From Candidatus Pacearchaeota archaeon (GTDB taxonomy: Archaea > Nanobdellota > Nanobdellia > Pacearchaeales > GW2011-AR1): DNA of 64,000 nt. Below are positions 30,023-40,105 of the stretch, in pieces (position 1 is the first letter of the stretch; every line of letters starts with the position of its first letter). Location of the stretch: contig JBBDJQ010000001.1 of the NCBI GenBank assembly GCA_040879765.1, forward strand, positions 271,747-335,746, read 5' to 3'. The notes under the pieces are model-generated. The model was not told where the DNA came from. It saw only the letters and a program-made list of their open reading frames with translations, and ran no database searches. The position numbers were made by a program, and so were the translations under genes.

Positions 30023-30904
30023 TCACATCCTTTCAAGAATTGAAATTCTTTTTTCTAAAGGAGGATGAGTTGAAGCAAGATTGTTCAATGGATTGGAGAA
30101 AAACAAAGGAGCAATAGCACTACTTACATTTTTATTTGGAATTTGGTTTTCTGTTTTTATTTTTCTCAAAGCGCCAATTAATCCTCTTGGATATCTAGTA
30201 AATTTAACTGCAGATGCATCTGCATTATATTCTCTTTTTCTCGAAATAGCAAATTGAACTAGTCGAACAATTATTGGCGCTAGAATTGCAAGTAAAATTC
30301 CTAAAAGGATAAAAATCCAATTTTTATTATCATTTCCTCCATGGCTAAACCAGAGACTGTGCAAATAAATCTCAGAGATTATGGAAACCAATCCTACTAC
30401 GACTGTTGCAACAGTCATATATCTTATATCAAAATTTGCTATGTGTCCTAATTCATGGGCCAATACCCCCTCTAATTCTTTTTTATCTAGTTTTTCTAAA
30501 GCTCCAGTTGTAATACAAACGACTGCATTTTCAGGATTTCTTCCAGAAGCAAAGGCATTTATTTGGGGAGATTCCATGACGTATAATTTGGGCATGGGGA
30601 TTCCAGAAGAAATTTTTAATCCTTCAACTAAATCATAAAATTGTTTATGTTTTTCCCTCGAAGCTTTTTTAGCATTAACCGATTTTATTGCAATACTTCC
30701 AGAATTATAATATGAAATCAAAATATAGCCTAATGAAAAAATAATTGAAATTATCATTATTATGAAAAAATAGCCTGGACTAAAGGCAAAAGAAATTACA
30801 TAACCCAATGCTATGAAAACTAAGAAAATTATTGATAGAAGGAAGAATGATTTCCATTTGTTCCTTGAAATTTGATCTCTAAAATCAACTTTGTTTTTTT
30901 CCAT
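30023..30904 (-). CDS. htpX: HtpX-like M48 zinc metalloprotease
   Basis: HELGH (HExxH) with TM helices and a C-terminal END-like region. Confidence 0.85.
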   Translation of the reverse strand: MEKNKVDFRDQISRNKWKSFFLLSIIFLVFIALGYVISFAFSPGYFFIIMIISIIFSLGYILISYYNSGSIAIKSVNAKKASREKHKQFYDLVEGLKISSGIPMPKLYVMESPQINAFASGRNPENAVVCITTGALEKLDKKELEGVLAHELGHIANFDIRYMTVATVVVGLVSIISEIYLHSLWFSHGGNDNKNWIFILLGILLAILAPIIVRLVQFAISRKREYNADASAVKFTRYPRGLIGALRKIKTENQIPNKNVSSAIAPLFFSNPLNNLASTHPPLEKRISILERM

Positions 30905-30936
30905 ATAGTTTAAAATATAGAATTGTTTTTAAGTTT

Positions 30937-31443
30937 TTACTCCAGCCATTTATTGTTTTTTACAATTTTCAAGTTTTTCCATTTTTTTCCAAACCCAAGA
31001 TATTCATTTCCTTTGAAGTGAAAAATTACTAGCAGAGTGATGGCATAAATTAATTGTTTCTCAATGAAAGGGTGATGGGTTGGGGGAAGGTTCCCAGCCC
31101 ACATTAAGATAAACAATGTAAATCCTAAATAAGTTCCTAATTTATTTGCTATTCCAAAAGTTAGACTAATTCCTATCCCAAAAAGTCCTAACATAAATAG
31201 CCAATCAATAATTGCAAAGTTTGAGAGCCAATAATAAAAATTTATAAAAATTCCAGAAGTTTCATTTTGGAGAAATTCTTTGGTTGGAGAAATTCCATTA
31301 ATCCATGCGTTTCCCCTGACAGTTCCAAATCCCAATCCTAATAATTTATCAAAAAACGCCCATAAAAGAACCAAACCAAAACCTATTCTTAAAATCCCAA
31401 GTGTTAAATTTTGCCTTGAGTGATTCATATTAGCTAAATTCAA
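30937..31443 (-). CDS. DoxX-like membrane protein
   Basis: LGILRIGFGLVLLWAFFDKLLG resembles the DoxX N-terminal motif. Confidence 0.4.
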   Translation of the reverse strand: MNLANMNHSRQNLTLGILRIGFGLVLLWAFFDKLLGLGFGTVRGNAWINGISPTKEFLQNETSGIFINFYYWLSNFAIIDWLFMLGLFGIGISLTFGIANKLGTYLGFTLFILMWAGNLPPTHHPFIEKQLIYAITLLVIFHFKGNEYLGFGKKWKNLKIVKNNKWLE

Positions 31444-31984
31444 CCTTGATTTTCTTTTTCTCTATCTCTGTAATTTGCAAGTACTTTTTTTCTTTTCTCC
31501 CGAATAGAGTAGCGAATAAGTTTCCTGGAAGTTGCTGAATCATGTTATTGTATGCCAAAATCGAATCGTTGTAAAATTGTCTTGCATAAGCAATCCTGTC
31601 TTCGGTAGTTGAGAGCTCCTTTTGAAGTTCAAGAAAATTTGTATTTGCTTTTAAATCTGGATAATTTTCTGCTATTGCAAACAATCTTCCTAAAGCAGAT
31701 TCCAAAAGCCCATCTGCACGGACTTTGTTTTCTATACCCTTTGCGTTTGTTAAAGCCTTCCTTGCTTCGTTAACTGATTTTATGACCATCTTTTCATGCT
31801 TAGCATAGCCTTTGACAGTTTCAATTAGATTAGGAATTAAATCAGCTCTACGTTTTAGTTGGACGTTTATTTGTGAAAGAGAATTTTCTATCCTATTAGC
31901 TAGGGTAATGAACCTGTTGTAATATATAAAAGTCATTAAAATAACTACTAAGATTATTACTGCAAGAACCCATAGCCAACTCAT
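31430..31984 (-). CDS. lemA: LemA family protein
   Basis: N-terminal TM helix and a LemA-like core (NRFITLANRIENSLSQINVQLKRRADLIPNLIETVKGYAKHE). Confidence 0.8.
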   Translation of the reverse strand: MSWLWVLAVIILVVILMTFIYYNRFITLANRIENSLSQINVQLKRRADLIPNLIETVKGYAKHEKMVIKSVNEARKALTNAKGIENKVRADGLLESALGRLFAIAENYPDLKANTNFLELQKELSTTEDRIAYARQFYNDSILAYNNMIQQLPGNLFATLFGRKEKKYLQITEIEKKKIKVEFS

Positions 31985-32394
31985 ATTTTGTGAAATTTAA
32001 TCTTATTTATAAATATGCCTATTGATACTTTGTTAATTTGAGGACACCTAAGCATATTAAAAAATTAATCTTTTTCTATGTTAATTTATCTCCCTTTATT
32101 TCAGCTTTCAATTCTTGTCTTGATCTCCATTTAAGCATTTCAAAAAGTTTCTAGTCACAACTTCTAAAGATCCCCCATCATAATTGATGGAATGGTTTAT
32201 GATTCAACTGATTAGATTTTCCAACATTCTGGCAGAGAAGTGCCATTTTGCAACTTTGCGGATTTGATGAGACTAGTATTTTCAGAGGACGGCATGGAAC
32301 TAATCAAAAACAAGCCAATGTCCTGGAGGTTATTTAATTTGGGATTTAACTTAGAATCAAAAAACTTTATTAATCCGTTCTGTTTATTTTTATA

Positions 32395-34677
32395 ATGAAA
32401 GAAGAGGGTGAGGGTTCAGGAGACTTTATAAAATGGTTCTCTGAATTAGATAAGGAATCAATTTCCATTGTTGGGGGAAAGGGTGCGAACCTTTCTGAAA
32501 TTTATAATTTGAAAATTCCAGTTCCTCCTGGCTTTGTTGTAACTACAAAAGCTTATGATTTGTTTTTAGAAAGAGCAAAAATAAAGGAGAAGATTTCTGA
32601 AATCTTAGAAAAAATAAATTATGAGAACACCAAGAATATAGATTCTTTCACAAAAGAGATAAGGGATTTAATCACCGATGCTGAAATGCCTAAAGAAATA
32701 GAAGAGGAAATTATAGAATCATATAATCATCTTAACTCTGATTCTGAAAGTGTAAAATCTAAACATGCTGAGGAAATTTTGAATGATGATTCCGAAGAGG
32801 AGTCTTTGGTTATTGTTCGTTCTTCTGCAACTACTGAAGATTTAGAGGATTCTAGTTTTGCAGGACAACAAGATACCTTCTCTAATGTTAAAGGTGGAGA
32901 AGAAGTGGTTGAAAATGTGAAAAAAGCTTTTGCCTCTTTGTTTACATCTAGGGCAACTTATTACAGGAATAAAAAAGGTTTCAAACACACAGAAGCAAAG
33001 CTGGCGGTTGTGGTTCAGAAAATGATAAATTCTGAAAAATCGGGCGTTATTTTTTCTAAAGATCCTTCTTACGAAAAAGATAATCTAATAATTGAAGCGG
33101 TTTTTGGAATGGGGGAGGGTATTGTTTCTGGCAGCATAAATCCAGATAAATATCTTGTTAAAAGAAGTGATGATTTTGAAATTCTTAATGTTAGGGTTTC
33201 TGATAAGAAAGTGGCTATAACCAGAAACAAAGACAGGAAAAACGTTGAGGTTAAACTTCCCGATTCAACTTCTAAAGCGCAGGTTTTAAGCAAATATGAA
33301 ATACAAAAATTATCCGAACTCGCATTAAAAATTGAAGAACATTATGGTAAGGCCCAGGACATAGAATTTGCAATAGAGGGTGAAGAAATTTATATTGTCC
33401 AAACCCGGGCCATAACAACTATTGGAACTAGGGTTAATGAAGGCAAGGAGATAAAGGGAGAAAGTATTTTGGAAGGTATTGGAGGCTCGCCAGGAATTGC
33501 TTCCGGCAAGATAAAGATTATAAAAGACTTGAAAGATTTAGATAAAATAAAAGAAGGAGATGTTTTGGTTACTGGCATGACAAATCCTGACATGGTTGTG
33601 GTTATGCAAAAAGCTTCAGCCATAGTTACAGATAAGGGTGGAATGACTTCACATGCCGCAATTGTTTCTCGAGAAATTGGGGTGCCTTCGGTAATTGGAA
33701 CTAATGATGCAACTTTAAAATTGAAAGAAGGAGAAATAATAACTGTGAATGGATTCACAGGTAAAATCTATAAGGGTAAAGTTGCAGAGACTGTTAAGAA
33801 AGAAATCCTTCCAGTCGAAGCCAATACAAAAACAAAAATAAAAGTTACAATTGATTTGCCTGAATTTGCTGAAAGGGCTGCAAAGACTAAACTTAACCAT
33901 GTTGGACTTTTAAGAATTGAAGGGATAATTGCAGAATCTGGAAAACATCCAGGATTCTTTTTGAAAAATAAAAAATTTGAAGATTATGAAAAAGTGATTT
34001 ACAAAGGGGTAAAAAAAATTGCTGAACACTTTGATAATATCTGGGTTAGAACTTCTGATGTTCGGAGTGATGAATTCCATAATCTTGAGGGAGCTCCAGA
34101 AAAAATTGAATTAAATCCAATGCTTGGAATGCATGGAATAAGGTATAGCTTGAAACATCCTGAAATTCTTAAGGCTGAATTGAGGGCTTTGAAAAAATTA
34201 ACCCAAGAAGGCAAAAAAATTGGAATTATGTTTCCTCAAATTATTTCTGTAGATGATATAAAAAAAATAAAAGAAATTTGCAAAGAGATAGAGTTTGAAA
34301 GACCTTACTTGGGGGTCATGATTGAAACTCCGGCTTCAGTTCAAATGATCCGGGAAATTTGCGAAGAAGGAATAAAATTTATTTCATTTGGAACTAATGA
34401 TTTAACTCAATATACCTTGGCCATAGATAGGGGTAATGAGAAAGTTCAGGAGATTTATGATGAAATGAATCCCGCAGTTTTAAAACAGATTAAACATGTT
34501 ATTAGAGTTTGTAAAAAGAATAAAATTAAAACAAGTATTTGTGGGCAGGCTGCAAATAGAAAAGAGATGGTTGAATTTTTAGTTCAAAGAAAAATTGATA
34601 GCATAAGTGTTAACCCGGATTCGGCAAAAGAAATTTCAGATTATGTTAAGGAATTAGAGAATAAAGAAAATTTATAA
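32395..34677 (+). CDS. ppsA: Phosphoenolpyruvate synthase / pyruvate, water dikinase
   Basis: ATP-grasp N-terminus, phospho-His motif GGMTSHAAIVSREIGVPSVIG and a C-terminal PEP-utilizing TIM-barrel domain. Confidence 0.85.
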   Translation: MKEEGEGSGDFIKWFSELDKESISIVGGKGANLSEIYNLKIPVPPGFVVTTKAYDLFLERAKIKEKISEILEKINYENTKNIDSFTKEIRDLITDAEMPKEIEEEIIESYNHLNSDSESVKSKHAEEILNDDSEEESLVIVRSSATTEDLEDSSFAGQQDTFSNVKGGEEVVENVKKAFASLFTSRATYYRNKKGFKHTEAKLAVVVQKMINSEKSGVIFSKDPSYEKDNLIIEAVFGMGEGIVSGSINPDKYLVKRSDDFEILNVRVSDKKVAITRNKDRKNVEVKLPDSTSKAQVLSKYEIQKLSELALKIEEHYGKAQDIEFAIEGEEIYIVQTRAITTIGTRVNEGKEIKGESILEGIGGSPGIASGKIKIIKDLKDLDKIKEGDVLVTGMTNPDMVVVMQKASAIVTDKGGMTSHAAIVSREIGVPSVIGTNDATLKLKEGEIITVNGFTGKIYKGKVAETVKKEILPVEANTKTKIKVTIDLPEFAERAAKTKLNHVGLLRIEGIIAESGKHPGFFLKNKKFEDYEKVIYKGVKKIAEHFDNIWVRTSDVRSDEFHNLEGAPEKIELNPMLGMHGIRYSLKHPEILKAELRALKKLTQEGKKIGIMFPQIISVDDIKKIKEICKEIEFERPYLGVMIETPASVQMIREICEEGIKFISFGTNDLTQYTLAIDRGNEKVQEIYDEMNPAVLKQIKHVIRVCKKNKIKTSICGQAANRKEMVEFLVQRKIDSISVNPDSAKEISDYVKELENKENL

Positions 34678-34699
34678 ATAACTTATTCCTTTTTGACTC

Positions 34700-35218
34700 A
34701 TGGTTAGCAAAACCAAAAAATCAACTACTAAAAAGAAAATAACTAGAAAAAAAACTTCTACTTCTCCAAAAGTCAGTAAGCAAACAGTCCATTTGGAGCG
34801 GGCAGTTATTGAAAATTTTGTTGCCCTGCAAAAAGTTATGACAAATCTTTCTTTAAGATTTGATAATTTATCTACTCAGATTTCTAATCTTTTGGAGTTG
34901 TTTGAAATCTCTGCAAAGAACCTTGCGCAAAAAGATTTTGGTGCTGAAAAAGAAAATAGGAATAGTAAAGAAATTATCTCTAAGCTTAATAATCTTACAG
35001 ACCAAAATAAAGTTATTGCTCGTGGATTAACTCTTTTGCATGAATCTGAAGATTCTTATGGAAAAAATCCAGAAAAGAAAGAAATGAAAAATGAGCATGA
35101 TTATGAAGTTAAAAATGCCAAGCATCCTAATTTAGTTAATAAACAAGCGTCTATGGATATGGGAGATTATGAAAAATCCCTCTCTCCAGACAAATCAGAT
35201 GACATCCAAAAATCTTAG
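34700..35218 (+). CDS. Hypothetical K/S-rich protein
   Basis: ORF only. Confidence 0.35.
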   Translation: MVSKTKKSTTKKKITRKKTSTSPKVSKQTVHLERAVIENFVALQKVMTNLSLRFDNLSTQISNLLELFEISAKNLAQKDFGAEKENRNSKEIISKLNNLTDQNKVIARGLTLLHESEDSYGKNPEKKEMKNEHDYEVKNAKHPNLVNKQASMDMGDYEKSLSPDKSDDIQKS

Positions 35219-35888
35219 ATATGGAACGTCTAAAGATAAAAGGATTTTAATTCTCCTTGAATTCACTAAGGAACTATTAAAAAATTCTGGTGAAGAGGTT
35301 TTTGAATTAGAGGAATTTAATAAAGAAGGATTCAAGAAACATAAGAAAATAAAAGATCCGTTTAAATTTCTTGAAAGAAAGGATAAGCAAATACTAAAAC
35401 CTAAAAAAGAGGAGAAGGAAGAATCTAAGAAGGCTGATAAAAAACAACATAATGATTTGCATAATAAAATCTTGAAAAGATTTGGAGCGATGAAAAAAGG
35501 AAATGTTAATTTTTTGAATATTCCAAAGCCAAAACTTCCAGAGAGATTTAATTACCTTAAACCAAGCCCCTCAAATATGGAAATTGACCTTGGAATTTTA
35601 AACCCTTTTTTGAAGGACCCTCTTGTAAAGAATATAGAATGTAATGGACCTGGAGAAAATATAATGGTGATTGGGACCATGGGCAGAAAGAAAACAAATA
35701 TTTTTTTGAATGAAGCACAAGTTGAAGAAGTTGTGAATAGATTTTCTAAATTAACCAAGATTCCTTCTCACGAAGGGGTTTTTAGGGTTGTTGCCGGGAA
35801 ATTTATTTTTTCAGCAGTAATTTCCCCCAAAATTGGTTCAAAATTTTTGATAAAAAAAATGTTTTATGATCCAAGATTTAGAAGATAA
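35169..35888 (+). CDS. Protein resembling only the N-terminal domain of FlaI/GspE-type secretion ATPases; possible gene remnant
   Basis: KDPLVKNIECNGPGENIMVIGTMGRKKTNIFL resembles the DP.LEDIs.NG...v.v segment of FlaI/VirB11-like ATPases. No Walker ATPase domain follows before the stop. Confidence 0.35.
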   Translation: MKNPSLQTNQMTSKNLRYGTSKDKRILILLEFTKELLKNSGEEVFELEEFNKEGFKKHKKIKDPFKFLERKDKQILKPKKEEKEESKKADKKQHNDLHNKILKRFGAMKKGNVNFLNIPKPKLPERFNYLKPSPSNMEIDLGILNPFLKDPLVKNIECNGPGENIMVIGTMGRKKTNIFLNEAQVEEVVNRFSKLTKIPSHEGVFRVVAGKFIFSAVISPKIGSKFLIKKMFYDPRFRR

Positions 35889-36014
35889 TCATAATCTCTT
35901 CATGAAATCACATAAAATTTTTCCTCGCTACCTTTTAATATGGTTTCAATAGCTTTTTGATTATCTTTGGTATCATAAGCTATTTTTTTATTTGGTTCAT
36001 ATTGTTTATAAATT

Positions 36015-37469
36015 TTATTCGGATGAAGCGTTAATTTCTAAAATTGATTTACTTCCTAAAAATTCTTGGAGATTTTCATTTTGAGAATCTTGTTCAATAA
36101 AATTCTTTGATATATCTTTTAGGAATTTTATTTTCTCATCTTCAACTTTTTTTGTAAGACTTTTATTTGTATTTTCTAAACTATAATGATGCTCAATCCA
36201 ATATCTTCCTATCTCAAATCTAAAAACATAATCTTTAGAAGTTTTTTCAGCTTTAGTAACTATTAACTCTTGCCCAAATAAATTTTTTAATATGAGTTCT
36301 TTTTCTTCTTCAGTCAATTTTATTTCTTCATTCTCTTGAGGGTTTGTAAATGGGTTAAGAAAATCAAAATTGCTTTCACTCGAATTTGCAATTTCATTTG
36401 ATTTTAGAATTGTATTTAGGGAAATAATCTCCTTTTCCTTGTGAATTAAACTTATTTTTAGGTTTTCTCCTTCTGGATCAAACCCTAATTCAGATAAACT
36501 TATTGAGAGAATTTTGTTTTTTTTCTTAATGAAATCTTCTCCAAACCCTTCTTCTTGAATTGAATATTCTGTTGTAATGATTATTTGATTTCCTATGATT
36601 TTAAAATTTATTTCCGAGTCACTTAAATTTTCCGAGTTTGTTTTTACACTTCCTAAAATTAATTCTGCTGTTTGTCCTGAATTCAAATTATATGCAAAAT
36701 CATTTCCATATGAAACAATACCTTCTAAAATTCCCTCTTGGTTTGAAATAACATTTCCAGTTATAGTTGGGGTAACTTCCTCAGTTTCATTTTCTTTAAT
36801 TACCTCTTCTTGAATAACTTCTTCACTTTCATTTATTTTTTCAATCTCTTCTGAAGATTCTTCTGTTTGATTGCTTGGTTGAATTATTTCTTCTGTTGAA
36901 TTACTTTTTTCAGATTCATCAACTTTAGAATTTTCTGTTTGATTAATTACCTCTTCTTGAATAACTTCTTCACTTTCATTAATTTCTGGCTGGTTTGTTT
37001 GATTCCCGGTTATCTCTTCTTGGAATTCTAGTTGATCTTCAACAACTTCCTCTTTATTAGTTTCTGATTCCTTTGTGGGGTATAAATTTAATTTGAAAGA
37101 AACATTAGGATATGAAACTTTTTGACCTTTAATACCATATCCTTCTCCACTTCCAGATAAGGGATATCCTTTTAAGTAAAAATCTCCAGAGATTTTTTCT
37201 TCGTTTATTATTTCACTAAGCAAATATTCTTGTTTTTTCCCAGAATCTAGGTTTTCAAGTATGATCTTTGTAGAGCTGGGAATTAATTCTCCCTCATTGA
37301 TAGAAATTTTTAAACTCCCATTAAGCCCTTCGCCTTCAAGGTAAATTGCACTTGACTCTAAAATTATATTTCCTGTTAATTTTCCTCCAAATAGGAATAT
37401 GACATAGAAAAGTCCAACTATAAGTAGAATAAAAAAACTAATTAAAAAATAATTTTTAGTCTTTGACAT
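36015..37469 (-). CDS. Secreted or membrane-anchored acidic repeat protein
   Basis: N-terminal TM/signal segment, E/S/N-rich, with an internal duplicated unit INESEEVIQEEVI. Confidence 0.45.
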   Translation of the reverse strand: MSKTKNYFLISFFILLIVGLFYVIFLFGGKLTGNIILESSAIYLEGEGLNGSLKISINEGELIPSSTKIILENLDSGKKQEYLLSEIINEEKISGDFYLKGYPLSGSGEGYGIKGQKVSYPNVSFKLNLYPTKESETNKEEVVEDQLEFQEEITGNQTNQPEINESEEVIQEEVINQTENSKVDESEKSNSTEEIIQPSNQTEESSEEIEKINESEEVIQEEVIKENETEEVTPTITGNVISNQEGILEGIVSYGNDFAYNLNSGQTAELILGSVKTNSENLSDSEINFKIIGNQIIITTEYSIQEEGFGEDFIKKKNKILSISLSELGFDPEGENLKISLIHKEKEIISLNTILKSNEIANSSESNFDFLNPFTNPQENEEIKLTEEEKELILKNLFGQELIVTKAEKTSKDYVFRFEIGRYWIEHHYSLENTNKSLTKKVEDEKIKFLKDISKNFIEQDSQNENLQEFLGSKSILEINASSE

Positions 37470-37516
37470 TTGTCACCTTTCTCTTTCAGGCTTAGAATAT
37501 ATTTAAAGCTTGCGAG

Positions 37517-37819
37517 TTAAGATGTAGCTTCTGTCTCTAAAGATTCCTGTGTTTGTGTATCTGTTGCTGTGCTTGGTGCAGGGTCTTGAACTTCAACAGG
37601 AGCCAAAATAAGGGTCTGTTCTCCTACAGGGATGGCTGCATACCCTTGCGTTTGTATCTGCTGGACAATTGCATTAATTGTCAGTGCAACACCTTCTCCT
37701 TGAGCTGCAGCAAGATTTCTATCTATAAATGGTTGGATGACAAAAGCATATGCCATAATTGCAACCAAGATAACGATTATTGCTCCCAACAACAAATATA
37801 CCTTTTTGTGTGTATCCAT
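37517..37819 (-). CDS. Small membrane protein
   Basis: N-terminal TM helix. Confidence 0.3.
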   Translation of the reverse strand: MDTHKKVYLLLGAIIVILVAIMAYAFVIQPFIDRNLAAAQGEGVALTINAIVQQIQTQGYAAIPVGEQTLILAPVEVQDPAPSTATDTQTQESLETEATS

Positions 37820-37824
37820 TTTAT

Positions 37825-38520
37825 TTAAATCCTATTTGAGATTTCCACAAGAACCGTTATATCGGTTATGGAAACTCCATTTTTGTTCTCTGCATAAACA
37901 GAGATTGTGTCTCCTGGCTTGAATTCAACAACGCCTTTTGACTGAATATCATAGTCTTTCTTTATTCCGGCTGAAGAAACTCCAATCGAATTACTGAACT
38001 CAACAAGTTCTTGGTTTTTATAGATTCTTATTTGAATCTCTCCTTGACCTTGTAGAGCTTCTAAATTTGTTGAAAGTCCTACAATACTTCCTTGTCTTAA
38101 CATCACATAACCTTTATTTAAATTACTTTCGGTTCCAACGGAGGTCTTTAAGAATGCAGATTCTGAAGTGATCTCGCCTTCTCCAAATACTAAGAATGAA
38201 CTAGCATAAATCTCTGGAACTTTTTTAATTTCCCGACTCAAGCTTCCAGAAGTTATAATGAAGAATGAAGTCTTGTTTTTTTGTTTAACTTCGTAAAGAG
38301 AAACTGTTGTATCATCTATGTTTTCTAATTTGACCTGGTTTGGGAGTTCAGAAAGGTTAACTTTTTCAACACTCTCAATATCTGATTCAGGAATTCCTTT
38401 TTCTATAGCCTTTTCTTTAATTTCTTTTACTTTTTGCGTATCTTCTTGAGATTGTGCCACTACAAGACCCATCATTAAGAAAATCACTATAATTGAGAAT
38501 ACTACACCCAATTTTTTCAT
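37825..38520 (-). CDS. Secreted protein
   Basis: Signal peptide MKKLGVVFSIIVIFLMMGLVVAQS. Confidence 0.4.
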   Translation of the reverse strand: MKKLGVVFSIIVIFLMMGLVVAQSQEDTQKVKEIKEKAIEKGIPESDIESVEKVNLSELPNQVKLENIDDTTVSLYEVKQKNKTSFFIITSGSLSREIKKVPEIYASSFLVFGEGEITSESAFLKTSVGTESNLNKGYVMLRQGSIVGLSTNLEALQGQGEIQIRIYKNQELVEFSNSIGVSSAGIKKDYDIQSKGVVEFKPGDTISVYAENKNGVSITDITVLVEISNRI

Positions 38521-38566
38521 TATTAAAAAAGGAAAAATATTTATTTAAACTTTTCTAGTTTTTTGT

Positions 38567-38848
38567 ATGGAAGATAAGATAACTGAAGAAAAGCTAGCCA
38601 AATACTTTAAATTGACTTCTAAAGCTTTGGAAGAAGTTAAAGTCAATATTATTGATGGAAAAGAATCTGGAGCAAAGGAGATAATCAGTATGGTTTCAAA
38701 TTATCTTAATGATGCTGAGCATTTTAGAGGTAATGGGGATTTGGTAAATGCCTTTGCGGCTTTGAATTATGCTCATGGTTGGCTTGACTCTGGAGTCAGA
38801 CTCGGAATTTTTGATGTAAAGGATGATAAACTTTTTACTATTAAGTAA
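38567..38848 (+). CDS. Small conserved archaeal protein, DUF357-like
   Basis: NAFAALNYAHGWLDSGVRLG motif. Confidence 0.35.
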   Translation: MEDKITEEKLAKYFKLTSKALEEVKVNIIDGKESGAKEIISMVSNYLNDAEHFRGNGDLVNAFAALNYAHGWLDSGVRLGIFDVKDDKLFTIK

Positions 38849-38879
38849 ACTATAAAAAACCATTTCGCTTATTTTTTGT

Positions 38880-39578
38880 ATGAAAAAAAAGGTAGTTGTG
38901 ATTAGTCTTGGTGGAAGTCTTATTGTTCCAGATGATATAGATTATGAATTTCTTTATAAATTTAAAAAAGTAATTCTAAAATATTCAAAGAAATATAAGT
39001 TTGTTGTTGTTTGTGGCGGAGGTTCGGTTGCAAGAAAATACATAGATGGTTTGGAGAAAGTTAAATTTTTGAAAAAGAAAAGTTTTCATCAAGGACTTTT
39101 AGGAATTGCTTCAACTAGGCTGAATGCAAGGTTTATGACTTATTTTTTTGGGAATGATGCAAACAAAGGAATTCCCCACGATATGAAAGAAGTTAAGGGG
39201 ATGTTGAGAGTTTATGATGTTGTTTTTTGTGGGGCTTTGCGTTATGCAGAAAATGAAACTTCTGATGGAACTTCGGCTAAGCTTGCGAGATTTTTTGATA
39301 GCTATTTCATAAATATGACTAATATAAAAGGACTTTATAGTAAAAATCCAAAACAATTCAAAAATGCCAAATTCATCCCCTCTATTTCTTGGAAGGATTT
39401 TCATAAAATGGCTAATAAGGAAAAATTTAAACCAGGACAACATTTTGTTTTAGACCAAAATGCTTCCGGAATAATCATGAAATCAAAGATTCCAACTTAC
39501 ATTCTTGGCAAGGATTTAAAGCAACTTGAAAAATTATTTGAGGGAAAGGATTTTATTGGAACTAAAATTGGTGATTAG
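38880..39578 (+). CDS. pyrH: Uridylate (UMP) kinase, archaeal type
   Basis: Amino-acid kinase fold N-terminus KKVVVISLGGSLIVP and the FVVVCGGGSVAR segment. Confidence 0.75.
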   Translation: MKKKVVVISLGGSLIVPDDIDYEFLYKFKKVILKYSKKYKFVVVCGGGSVARKYIDGLEKVKFLKKKSFHQGLLGIASTRLNARFMTYFFGNDANKGIPHDMKEVKGMLRVYDVVFCGALRYAENETSDGTSAKLARFFDSYFINMTNIKGLYSKNPKQFKNAKFIPSISWKDFHKMANKEKFKPGQHFVLDQNASGIIMKSKIPTYILGKDLKQLEKLFEGKDFIGTKIGD

Positions 39579-39633
39579 GCATGCACATTAGTATATCGAG
39601 AAAATTAATAAACGGAAAATCCCTTAGGTTTGG

Positions 39634-40104
39634 ATGGCAGATTTTGTTTTGATTTCAGATAATAATTTTTTAAAAATTAGGAAGCAGATTAGAGAATCCT
39701 CTGGAAAGAGGATTGCTTTTTATAGCGAGGATGATGAATTAAATAGGAAGGTTTTGGAAAAGGAAAAGTTTGATATTCTTTTGCTTGGACTTAAGAGAAG
39801 AAAGGATTTTCAGAAACAAAGAAATTCTGGTTTAAATCAGGTTTTAGCAAATATTGCCAAAAAACAAAAAACTTCAATCGGAATCCTTCTTGATGAATTG
39901 GTTAATTCTGAAGGGAAAGAAAAATCAGATGTGCTTGGAAGATTAAAACAAAATATAGAATTATGTAAAAAGAATAATCTTAAAATGAATTTTATCTGCT
40001 TAAACTATGAGAATAAGAGAAATGTTTATGACCTTAGGTCTTTGGGGTTGGTTTTAGGAATGCCAACTTCAATGGTTAAAAGTTTGAATATTTATTTGAA
40101 ATAA
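39634..40104 (+). CDS. Hypothetical protein, possibly an RNase P protein subunit (Rpp30/Rnp3-like)
   Basis: Weak resemblance only. Confidence 0.25.
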   Translation: MADFVLISDNNFLKIRKQIRESSGKRIAFYSEDDELNRKVLEKEKFDILLLGLKRRKDFQKQRNSGLNQVLANIAKKQKTSIGILLDELVNSEGKEKSDVLGRLKQNIELCKKNNLKMNFICLNYENKRNVYDLRSLGLVLGMPTSMVKSLNIYLK

Positions 40105-40105
40105 A

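Noticed and set aside
32040-32394. A possible C/D box sRNA upstream of ppsA (the TGATGAG element)
   Set aside because: A C-box-like TGATGA is present, but there is no correctly positioned D box (CTGA) or terminal stem. It is probably just the ppsA promoter or 5' UTR.
33069-34214. Several minus-strand ORFs (33069-33293, 33390-33758, 33715-33900, 33999-34214) inside ppsA
   Set aside because: They are antisense to a long, well-supported PEP synthase ORF and have low-complexity, hydrophobic translations typical of shadow ORFs.
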